Source: Nemertoderma westbladi (lineage: Eukaryota; Animalia; Xenacoelomorpha). From it: a DNA stretch of 64,000 bases. Shown piece after piece: positions 26,101-38,100 of the stretch. The position numbers and the translations under genes are program-made. Where the stretch lies: contig JAUCBJ010002693.1 of assembly GCA_032718475.1 (NCBI GenBank), positions 26,453 through 90,452 on the forward strand, written 5' to 3'. Numbering within the stretch: position 1 is the stretch's first letter; each line of letters opens with the position of its first letter. The notes beneath the pieces are model-generated. The model made no database searches, had not been told where the DNA came from, and saw only the letters and a program-made list of their open reading frames with translations.

Positions 26101-29100
26101 GGCATGTCGATAATCGTACGCAGTGAGACACTGTGGACCTTGATACCATTCTATGATGTAGTCGTTGTCGCTGTTCCGGGCGCGATAGGCTGAATCTCCT
26201 CAGATTCTAGGCATATTGGTTCGTCTTCCCAGTCTGTTACGAATAGAATTTTCGTGATCTATTCTCGGTTTACCGTTACAACTCCGCTGGGTATGATATT
26301 TAAATAGAACCATTTCCCTTTCGGTGTCTACATCGTCCGTATCATGTAAATCGATAGGATGGCCGGTAGTTAGGAAGTCCATATACGTACTATTACGATG
26401 CGTATAGCGAGCGGTGAATTTTCGATAGTCCAATTCACGCGTAAGTTGCTCTTGGGACATCGGCGGTTCGATATAACGACCATCGTCCTCCGTAATGGTT
26501 GGATCGGTTTCACCGCGTATCAAGCTATCCACAAATGCTTGTAAAGGTAGAGTATATCGCTCCCTGATACCAAGATCATCTTCTATCAGCTCCGTCATAT
26601 CTGCTATCTGAGTTTATTAATATCGAAATGAGTTTATGTTTAGGCGAGCGGACGTCGCTGCCTACCTCTCTTTGCCCCCGGACAGTGGGATTCTCAGCGC
26701 CGATGTACCGTCGTCGCGGTGTTTACGCCAACATGTAGCAACAGCACGACAACGATAACCGGCACAAGTCACTCCACTGTCCGTCCCAAAGGCTTGAATC
26801 CACTTTAGGTTCTTTCTATAGGAGAGTTGGGCTACTTTCACAATTGCGACTAGCTACTGTAAACACACCTTAGCAGTAACATTCACCTACAAACGCACAA
26901 ATTCCACACAACTGTCACCAATTGTACACATACAGGCCATTTGTCCGTTAGTCAGTGCCTTCCAGAATGTCACGTTATTACTGTGTATCCTTGGATACTA
27001 ACAGTGTGCTATGTATTCTCTATGCTATGCAATGTGACAAGCTTTCTATTGTTCTTTTAACTTGCTTCTAATTCTAGCGTGGGTGTTGCTATGGTGACAT
27101 TATGGAATGCTAGCGGTAGAATTAGGGTAATTCTCATGCATACAGATCTGGGATGCTATTTAATAATAATTCTTTAATTGTCAATATCCTCTTTATGCAT
27201 GATTTTATTAATTTTATCGGCTATTGACTATATGTTGGAGATTCTCGCACTCCAATACACTCAATAGGATGAATCTCCGCTCCCATGATCTATTAATTAA
27301 TGGAATTTTGGGGATGTTATAAATTGCATAAAACGACAATTTATGAAATTCATTTAAAATATGAATTTAAATTTATTCCCATGAATTTTATTATTTGATG
27401 TTAAAATTGACACAATTTGATTCCAGAGCAGGTCTGGGGACATAGGATCCTTAATTCTATGAAATTTGTCTTTTAAGAATATCGGTAAGTGCTACGATAT
27501 CTTAATCGACTAGAATTGTTAACGGATCTGAATTTTACAGATTTTACTAAATATTAAATTAATATTTAAGATGGGCACCGATTTATTCCAGAGCTTGTCT
27601 GGGGACGTTAACCACTGATTCTAGAATTTGTCTTTCAAGTATATCGGTGGGTGCCGCGATATCTTAATCGACTAGAATTACAGATGGTCAAAAGGTTTAA
27701 CAGATTTATTTGCATTTTACGCTACTGTTAGAGGGACATCACGCTACTATATGTATTATTTAATATAAGGTAGAAGAGCAATATCGCACGAAGCAATGTC
27801 AGTGTGAAGAGGCAAGTCGTTTCCAAGGTCTACCCAGAGCTTGGTTTAGCTGAGACACGAGGATCTGAACTTTGCATTCCTAATACTCTGCCTACCAATA
27901 ATACTTAAATATAGTAGGGGCTTTATTGTACTTTAATAAGTACGGACATTTCATCTTACTGTAGTCACGTATTTATAATATGATACGGACAGTAAGGAAA
28001 GAGAAAAATAATTATTTTCTCGCCGTCGCACTAAATATATATTATAAGTAATTACGTACGTAATAAACACTAATATATTGCACTAATCTACTAAATAATC
28101 ACCAAAATAACATTCTACTAAATAAAATTAAAGAAAACGATTATAATAAAATTACATAATAATACATACATAAATATAAAATAAAAACAAACATAAAATG
28201 ATATAGTCACACGCCCACTCCATATGTTATTACGTTATGGAGTCCCTAGATATTTGTCGGATTAGGGAAGTGGTCGTAGGAAGAGTATCTTGCCTTCCAT
28301 AGTTTCCGGACAGTTTTCGGTCTCTTTCCAGTAAACATAAACGACCAGCTGGGCGATTGAGTTGTTGTGTTACTTTCTCCGCTCCCTTGGCCTGTCTAAT
28401 CTCCGCCGGGGTAAGATGAGGAGGCCATTCTTCTTCTTCTTTACTTAAGAAGTCGGATCCACCTAACCAGCCTGGAGTATCTATCAGTTCTTGAGGAGTT
28501 GCTCCTCTGGAAGCGATGTCGGCTGGATTAATCGTCCCAAGGCAATGTCTCTATTGATCTACATTGGAGTTAATATCGTCATTATCTGAGGAGTATGGTG
28601 TTCCCTCAGTTGGATCGTCCACATCACTGCTCTCCACTTCCCATTCCTTTACTTGGTATACCTGTTGTTGAGGTAATCTCTCTTTGAGAGTTCTACGGGA
28701 AGGGCCAGTGAAGTACCAACCTACTCTAGTTCTTACCGCATAGGTTTGTAGTGGCTGCGGTTGAGCAGGCCGTTTCTCCAATGTCTCGAGCGTCTCATGC
28801 GCGTTTTGGCCGATGAGTATTTGCACTCCAGGATAATCTGTCTGGAGCCGAGGTATCTTAAGATGTTGGATGCTCTCATCCTCGTCCCAATTATAAAGGT
28901 CTGCTTGGGTAGCAGCTAAGTTCTTTATAGCCACCATTTTTACCGACCTTATACCTTGTGCTCCTAATTTATCCTGGGGGGTGGACAACACACCTACATA
29001 GTAGTCTGCCGTTAGGGTAGATTTCCAAACCTGCATAATTCCTGACATATTCAATTTAGTCCGGAATTTGGGTTGTCCAGCAAAAATATCTTCGGCTAGT

Positions 29101-32100
29101 TCTTGATCGATGAATGTTCCTGTGCTGCCGAAGTCAAGGAGGGCATTCACTATGTAACTTTTGTTAGGACCATGAACTCTTACCTGCACTACAGGAAATT
29201 CTCTGATTCCTACGTTGGAAGTTGGAGCTTTCCAAGATGGTTGTCTGGCAAAAGTAGTTGGGGGGAACTCATTGTCGGTGTCCTTTTCATAAGTGAGTGC
29301 TCGATACACTGAGGTATTTATTAGGTAACAGGATTCGTTGGCGTCGGAGAATTCGTCAGTATAGAATCCTTCCATCTCAGACTCTTGATCAGTGTCATTT
29401 ACATCACTGAATTGGACATGTAGTTCGGGCTCACTTACCTGACTCGGGGTGTCTCGTTCGAACTCACTGTGTAACAAGATGTGATGTTTCGCGCCACACT
29501 TTGCACACTTTACGTCGGAGTAACAGGTTCGCCGTTGGTGTCCTGATCTGAGGCAATTATAGCATAACCGCTTATTCCACAGGACTGTACGTCTGTCTAC
29601 AAGGGATTTCTTTAGAAATTCAGCACACGCACTCAAACGGTGGGGCCCGTCGCACAGCGCACATTTTGGTTTGATGTTACTCACTTTACCTTGGGTAACG
29701 TTATGCACTCTCGTTCTTTCTTCGGGCTTTCTTCCGTGAATTCTCTTAGGAGACATAGGAGGAGTTGTTGTTACCTGTTCTCTCCTGTCACTGGTTCGAG
29801 ACTTATATTTACTTACGTCTTTATAGGTCTTGTTGTCATAGTAAGATTTTGCTGTGTCTTTCCCGCTGTCCTCTTCTTGAGAAGCTTGGCTTTCGCCGTC
29901 GTCAGTATAACACACTGGTATTATCCTTCTCCTAGAAACGGGTTTCTCACTTACCTTATTTTCCGATGTTTTCTCTCTGGACTGCTTTATGAGTTGTAAT
30001 TTTACTTCACTATCTAAGAAGGACATGAGATCAGCCATAGTAGGGCTTCGTCGTTGTTGTTCATTCATATACAACACTTTCTTGTCCCAGCGTGTACATA
30101 CTCCACCCTTTGGTAAAGTAGAGACTACTGCTCCAATAACCATGGAACTCTGATATTCATGAGACTTACCTAACCAGTCCAATTGTCTACAGATCTCCTG
30201 AATCTCATCGGAAAACTCTATAATCCCGCTACTAAGGAAGTTTCGGGGGGCTACTAATTTTGCATACAAATACTTAGCTATGTTATCCTTGTTACCATAC
30301 CTGATGTTTAATGTATCCCAAACTTGTCTTAATCCTTCTGGATGTCCAATAAACTTTAACGCCATTAACTTGGGAGGTCCTTCCAAGCACTTGATGAGGA
30401 ACCTAAGTTTCTCTCCGTTAGATAGTACAGAGTTCTGTATGCTGTCTTTGTAATATTCATTGAAAGGTAACCATTTCATCTCATCTCCATTGAATTTGAC
30501 GATCTCTCCCACTTTGACCGCTTGGCGGGCTTCTGTTCTAGCCATCTGACGCGTAAAGCTTTCTTGGGCCATCGTGTTATTTAATATCGAATTATCGGCA
30601 TATAAATTTCTCGGATCATTATCAGGTCTATAGGGAATATCATTAACAACAGGTTTATAATCACCCTTAATAGGGTTTGCTATAGGAGTTTCTACTTCAC
30701 TAGCAGTATAGATGCGTGTAGGCTCCACACCTTGCGCATGTAATACTTCAGACCTAACAGGTTGACACAATGTTACAGGGGGTATTGATATACCATTTTG
30801 TATATTGACTAATTTGTCGCGTTCTAGCGCGATACTTTGCTGCACTTCTTGCAATTCGGCCCTACCTTCCCTTACTGTTCCCTTAAGTTGGTGGACAGTC
30901 TCCTGCATCTGTCCGAGCAGGAGATTCATCCCCCGCCGTCCCTCCTCTACCCACTCGACCGCCGAAGCGGGAGTCGCCAACATTGTAGCGGGCTGACGCG
31001 GGACGACGGGAGACAAATCTTTGATTTCTCTCTCAGCTTCCAGGACAGGGATATTCTCATGGACTGTTCTACCGGGTACAGGCAGTGTAGTACTGTGTAG
31101 AGGGAATTTAGAGTTAAGCTCTGGAAGTACAGGGGTCTCTAGCACAGGAGTGACTTTGTGAACGACAGGCCTAATTATTTCAGGCTCATCAACTATTGTA
31201 GGGAGTCTTTTGACCTGAATAATTTGTTCTGTAGGTTCTGTACCACCTAAGTCTGTGCTAGCTAGTTGTCTTCTAACCGCTGGGGGCAAATCAGGCAATT
31301 TGTAACGGTGAGATGTTTTTCTACGCCTGCTTAGACGAGATCTATTTCCTCCGCCTTCAGGATCGGTGGTCTCGCCTTCCTCCGATGATGTGTATCCTTG
31401 GCGCTTGGGAGTAGATCGACTCCTCATCTGCATTTGACTAGCAGTTAACTGTTTATTTATGCAGTCTTGCGTCTCTTGAAGATTTTCCAACTCCAGTTGT
31501 GTGATCTCCTCAGACGCTCTCCGTTCTGCTTCTGCCACCGCTGCATTTCTTTTTGCTTCTGCCTCTGCCGCCGTTGCTTTTCTTTTTGCTTCTGCTTCTG
31601 CCGCCGCTGCCTTTCTTTTTGCTTCTGCTTCTGCCGCCGCTGCCTTTCTTTCTGCTTCTGCTTCTGCCGCCGTTACTGCTGCTGCCTTTCGGTCCTCTAT
31701 CTGTTTTTTCTTTATTTGTTCTTCTTGGACTCTAACGAGGCGGAGTCGTTCATCAAATTTAGCTTGGTTCGCAGCTAACATTTCCGCATCGATTGCGTCC
31801 AACACAAGCTTGGTTCCTTCACTATTAGGGCGAAGTCCAGACAGTCGTCTCCTCAACTCTTCGTCTCCTAGGAATCGCTGATAGTCTGACAGATAGATGT
31901 CAATGGCGTCTCTAGTTCGCGGCTTCTCTGCTGCTGTTAATTCGCTTTCCACTTCGCTTTCCACTTGAGAAGAAGTGGCGTCGGTTGATTCTTCATAGGT
32001 TGGCTGTTCATCATAAACCGTATCCACCATCTTCGCTCCGCGTTCGGGCGTCCGCTCAGCAGTATCCGAACTACTGGAGCTATCGGGCCGCTGGGAACTA

Positions 32101-35100
32101 GGTTCTAGGATAGGATGTTGCTGCTGTTTGACAGCTGCTTCTTGATCCCGCTTGACTTGGGCCCGAGTACCGATGATAGACCTACGTTGTTCTAATAGCC
32201 TAGGGTCTGACACTACTACTGTAGGGATGGCCTTTTTGACAATAGTAGGTGACTTAGACTTGGATCTAGGATGTTCTATACTTGGATCTGGGTCACTGAT
32301 CTTTTTAAGACACTGTCTAACAGTCATTCTAACACTTTCTAAGAGACTATCCGACAGTGATTGGGTTGTGTCAGACATGTTTGTTTGTACAGTTGAATGC
32401 CTACTGCTATGATTACAGCTAAAGCAAGTCTAGCAATTCAGTATCACTGTTAGCCTAGTAATTAATTACCGATACTGCTACTCAGTGTAGCGTGATATAT
32501 ATATAATATATTAGAATACCGGTATGCTTATAGTCTATATATAAGTATTATTACAGACTAGATTTGTCACAGAGTACCGGTATATAATTTTAGCACAAAT
32601 ATATATAAATATATAATAGGCCTATCGTGAATACCGGTATGCAGCTTACACTTATAGTATATATAAGTATAATTATGAACTAGAATTAATTACAGAATAC
32701 CTGTATGATTTCAGCCCAACCTTATAGAAATAAATGTAATAAGCCTATGGTAAATACCGGTATGTCAATTATTTTAGAATAATTGAATTTCTGAATATTT
32801 CAGGGTTACTTGTTACTTTAACTTACTTTATTACTGTTATTTAAGCAGTAGACCAACTGATATTGGGACCTAGTTGTTGTATGGCAGGCCTACTATTTAT
32901 AAATCGTTGAGTTGATTTATAATATATATATACCCGTTTAAAAAGGGGTTTTGTCAATATTTGAAATAAATGTTATTATTTCTGGGGGAGTCACTACACA
33001 GAAGCTGTGCGCTCTCAGTGAAGTGCTACCTATGGGACACTAAAACAGATAATTCTAATTTACCTAAGTTACTTAATCCTACAAATTACTTACGATACGG
33101 GTGAGATTAAATCTCTAATTAAACACAACAAAAATATTACGTACGAAATTTTTTTAGGGTAATTTTACAGGAAGTCTACAAACCAGCCTAACAAAGGGTT
33201 AGAATTCTGGTTATTACAAAGGACAGGGTACTACGGTATTTGAAAATAATAAGTAGTAGTAAATATATTGCACTGTCCAGATAGGAAAATACCACCGCCT
33301 GACGACCTATAGCCGTATCGCTATAGGTACTACGTTATGTATCACGGAGTGTTCCTACCTGGAAGTTAATTACCGCGGACTACCAGATCCAACGTGCCTA
33401 TTAACCACTTTACAACACAAATATACTGCCTACACACTAATTACCTTCGGAAAGCACTGTACACTAAACCCTAAATTAGGTACAAATACTGGTACAACAA
33501 ATAATCAGTAGTTAAATATACTTGAACAGTTAAAAGAACCACGGCATCTGCTGGAGTGACCGGTGCACAAAATCACCAGTCTTTACCTATGCCAAGCAGC
33601 CCGTGTAGTACCGGGGTTAATTTAACTATAACGGTATGTGTAACAAACACAATTACTGTAGGAATAAACTTGGGGACATGAATGTTGCGAATAATCGCAT
33701 AAACTCTGAATAATAAATATTACGCTACCCGTACAGAATACTCAAACAAAATACAACCCAAACGCTGGCAGACTACCACCAAGCCTAAATAAACTACAGT
33801 ATGTGCAGATTCCAAAATGGTTAGTTAGTATGCGTTCTAACACGGTAGTACGACTTAATCTTTAAGAGGGGATTGACCTTACATCTATGGCTGCCCCAAC
33901 TTACTAACTGGCACTCTATCGGACAAACTCTACACACGCAGCAATCTCTTCAGACCTAATAATAGCTAGACAACAATCCAGCCTACAAAATATCTGAGTA
34001 ATAACTATTACGGTACCTGAACAGACCACACAAACAAACACAGACCAAAACGCTGGCAGAATACTGTCAAGCCTAAATAAACTACAGTATGTGCAGATTC
34101 CAAAATGGTTAGTTAGTATGCGTTCTAACACGGTAGTACGACTTATTCTTTAAGAGGGGATTGACCTTACAGCTATGGCTGCCCCAACTTACTAACTGGC
34201 ACTCTATCGGACAAACTCTACACACGCCGTAATCTCTCCAAACCCAACAACAATCTGACAACAGTCCAGCCTACAATTATCTGAACAATCTGAGCAGACT
34301 TACACGTCTTCAGCTCAATATTAACTTACTAGGAAATAAAACTGACAGAAATAAGTAAAGTCTCAATAAAAACCAGGGCTGCAGTCCCTGGTTAAGATAC
34401 TAAGACCTACCGGTATACAATAATCAAAATCGAATAATACTAATGTACTTATACTGGAAGTACCGGTTAGGACAGTTGGGCCTACGGACCTACAGAAGTA
34501 CCGGTTCTGGCAGTTGGACCTACGGACCTACCGCAGTACCGGTTCTGGCAGTTGGGCCTACTGACCTACAGAAGTACCGGTTCAGGTTTACCGGTCGACC
34601 GGTACTTTCAACTTTATTGCTTACTGCAATAAAGACAATAACTGTTATTGTACGCGCTTTTGAAGACCTTTAGCAGTTTAACCTGCCAAAATTTATATGT
34701 CTTTTGGTTTATAAATAGACTTTAGAAGTTGACAAATATTTAATACCAATAAACACAACATTAGCAGAAGCCAGCCTAGTGCGCGTCCATTCACCCGCTG
34801 GATATACCCGGGAGACTGGATTCTGAGGGCTTAGATTATTATTGCAGTGTAAGCTTACTGTATTATTCGATTGATCGTTAATAAATAATTTCTGACCAAT
34901 ATTATTCACTTTCGGGAAATATTAACAGTTCCTTTAGGACGTGGCGCTCTATCTAGGTAAACAGAGATATGACTTATACTAATCACAACGGTAAGTCGGT
35001 AAGGCTTATGATTCACGTATGAGGCGCATTCTTTAGGAAATGCTTAGTTATCAGCCACAATCATGCACACTACCGGTAACACACAATACTGCTCACTAAT

Positions 35101-38100
35101 TTGCCGACCGTCAATGTATTTTATCATATATAAAGAGAACAGCAACGGACTCATGTAGTGCTTATCAAATAGCATTAAATTCACTACAAACCACAATAAT
35201 ATAAGTCGCAATCGCTATATATAACCCGTCTCTCTAACCTGTAGTGTATCAAGAAAATTGGGAAATTTGGGTTCTTTATATATAGTCTACCTGCCAACTC
35301 CCGAAAATTAAGTTTAGATGGCATTTTTTGTTAATGGTTGGCATCCACCTGATTTTTGTACTTCAAGACATGGCGAATCCAGCTAGGCCGGATGCCACCT
35401 CTGCATTTTTGATTTAATGCCTTTTTTTGGGCTTCAAAGTTTTTCGCTCAAAAATGTTTTTTTTTCAATTTTAGGATACAAGTTCATGGTGAATGTTAGT
35501 GAATCTCGTCTCATTACCAGTGTATAAATCTAAAGTTAATAAAAATGCATCCATGTTGTCCTGAAACTGTTATAAACACTTTGGTAAAGAAGAAAATTTC
35601 CGAAATTCCCTTGCAGTCCGCCAACCCGGCCCTAGTAACCGCCTTAGCAACAGATTTATGAAATTTAAATTATCAATTTCTTTGTCTCACCTTTCCTTTT
35701 CCTGAGAAAACATACAAACAGTTTTAAAAATCCAAAAAACCCATCACACAACTTAATAACATCTTGAGAACACATCAAGGGCAATATAAAATCAAATATC
35801 GTCCAATGTCGCAGACACAGACCCATTATTTGGACCAGAGTAATTTACACAAGTATCAAAATATTAAGTTTAAGTGGAGAATTCGTGTACCTTTACTCAA
35901 CTATTTGCTTCCATATTTGTAATTATTTGAAAATATCACTACAGCTAAGAAGCATGGTGATACTTCCCGTCATATTGTACACATTCGGGTGACATTTACA
36001 GTCCACGTTACCATAGCAACAGACCAAATAAGACAATTTAACAAGAATTTAATTTACAGTATAACTATAATGCAGTATTCCCTAGGCCTACCTTACCAGA
36101 GTTTTGAGAGATTAAATGTAACACACGTCGCATAGCTATAACCTTCGACTGTTAGTCAACATCATATCGTGACTTGGGGGGATATTCATATATAAATATG
36201 AATTTTAAAGTATCTCAGGCGTTTATCGAAACCTAAAGTTAATAGTGAACTCACTCTAAATTCTGCTAAGATATTAGTTTTGGAACAGTCAGGTCCATCA
36301 CACTATGCACCGTCGAGACAGGGGAGGGGGGGGGGGGGGGGCAATTCCATTTCGGCGAATTAATATTTTGTATCAATGTTAAATTATCAATTTAAGGAAA
36401 GGAGCAGTTTACAGTGGCACGTTATTCGGAACAAAACAATAAACGAATCTCAACAAAACAGATAGAAGTTTAATTTTTGAGAGTAATCAGGTGTTATTTG
36501 CGTCGATTTTCACCCCGGAGAGGGATCAATTTTGATTGCGTCGAAACTATCACTTTCATTTGCCTATTATTATTATGACTTGATGGAAATGGATGGTGAC
36601 GAACATATTGCCACTCTTAAAGGTAAACTTTCCCAATGTGATTTGTGAAGAGACTTGCATAGTATGTGGAACAAGAAGAAGTGTGCAGAAAGATGAAGTG
36701 GAAAATTTCTACTACAATCTACATGCATCTACTGATGGAGTGGATCAGCATGCATTCTTAATTTGCCTGGGTGACTTTAATGCAAGTCTACATCACTCAT
36801 CTATATTTCATACTGGACCAAGTGGTCACACGTCCCAGATATACCATATTCTGTTTCGTGGGAACGAAACAGGAGCTCTATTCTGTACAAGACTGAAGTA
36901 TATTTGCACTTCCACCCTTATCCAGGTATTACCTATTATTGTGGCCAAGGTAAGACTTAGTCACCACGCTAGCAGAATTGGCAAGGAATGACTGGTCATC
37001 TTTGTTGCAACAGCCCAGTTGTGAGATCCAGCTTCACACTACAGTTGAACAACAGGTATGAGGTTCTCGCCTCTGAGGCGGCAAATCACTGCGTGGGCTA
37101 TACAGCCTTTACAGAAGCAGTTAATTTAGCAGCTGCTGAAACAGATCCTGTATACCCTCGAAACAGGAAATAGCCCCCCCCCCCGCACTGATCACAGAAT
37201 TCAGAAGTGCCGAAATGACCTCAAATGGCGCAGAATAAGTCCCGCCGACTAGGGCACACGAAGACAGACAATGCTAAAGGAGCTTATCAATAAGTAGGGC
37301 CGAGGTTGATGCCATTAACGCTGATGATAGCAGGCAATCAGCTCAGGCATAGCAATCAGTAAACCTGCTCACTGGGAGGAAAGCCAACCAACCACCAAGG
37401 TTAATGCTGAATCTCCTGAACTCCTCAATTATGGTTGGAAGGCCTACTTTGAGAAGCAGCTTCCAAACATAACAGGGTATTGCCTGATAACTTTGAGGTA
37501 CATCGTGTATCTGATTCTGTGCTCACAGATATCCACATCTCATTTGCTGAAATTAAGACTGCAGTAAGGGGCTTGAAGACCAATCGTGCCATTGGAGTAG
37601 ATGGCGTGCCCCTGAGGTCTTTAAAATTGCTGAGTGCTTAGAGCTCATTTACCCCATTATTCTGAGTATGTATAGGACAAAGATAGTCCCTCAAGAAATG
37701 AAAATATATAAGTTGGTCCATGCACCAAAAAAGGGCAACCTAACAACCTATAAAGCTTTTCGTGGAAACTTTCGTTAATCTCGATTGCTGCAAAGCAATA
37801 CAACAGAATTATATTAAATCGCATCAGGAATCCTGTGAGAACCAAAATGGGTTCCATAAAGGTCGTGGGACATGAAGTCTATTCTGGCACTTAGAAGGAT
37901 AATCAAAGAGTTATCAACAAAGAAAGACATACATCTGGCTATTATCTTTGTTGACTTCTTTAAGGCCTTCAACTCAGTCTCCCGACCACGGATGTTTAGC
38001 ATACTTGTAGCACATTGGTTTCCTGAGGAAATTATTGCAGCTTTCCGATCACTGTTTGATGGTTCCACCACATTTGCGTCTACTGCTGATGGTGACACAA

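Noticed and set aside
26200-28553. APOBEC-like hypermutation (two apparent TGG-to-stop changes in the BEL element)
   Set aside because: Only two events, no consensus to compare, and Trp codons in the long gag frame are intact.
29103-32412. Plus-strand ORFs overlapping gag
   Set aside because: Antisense shadows of the gag frame and its Ala-Glu repeat.
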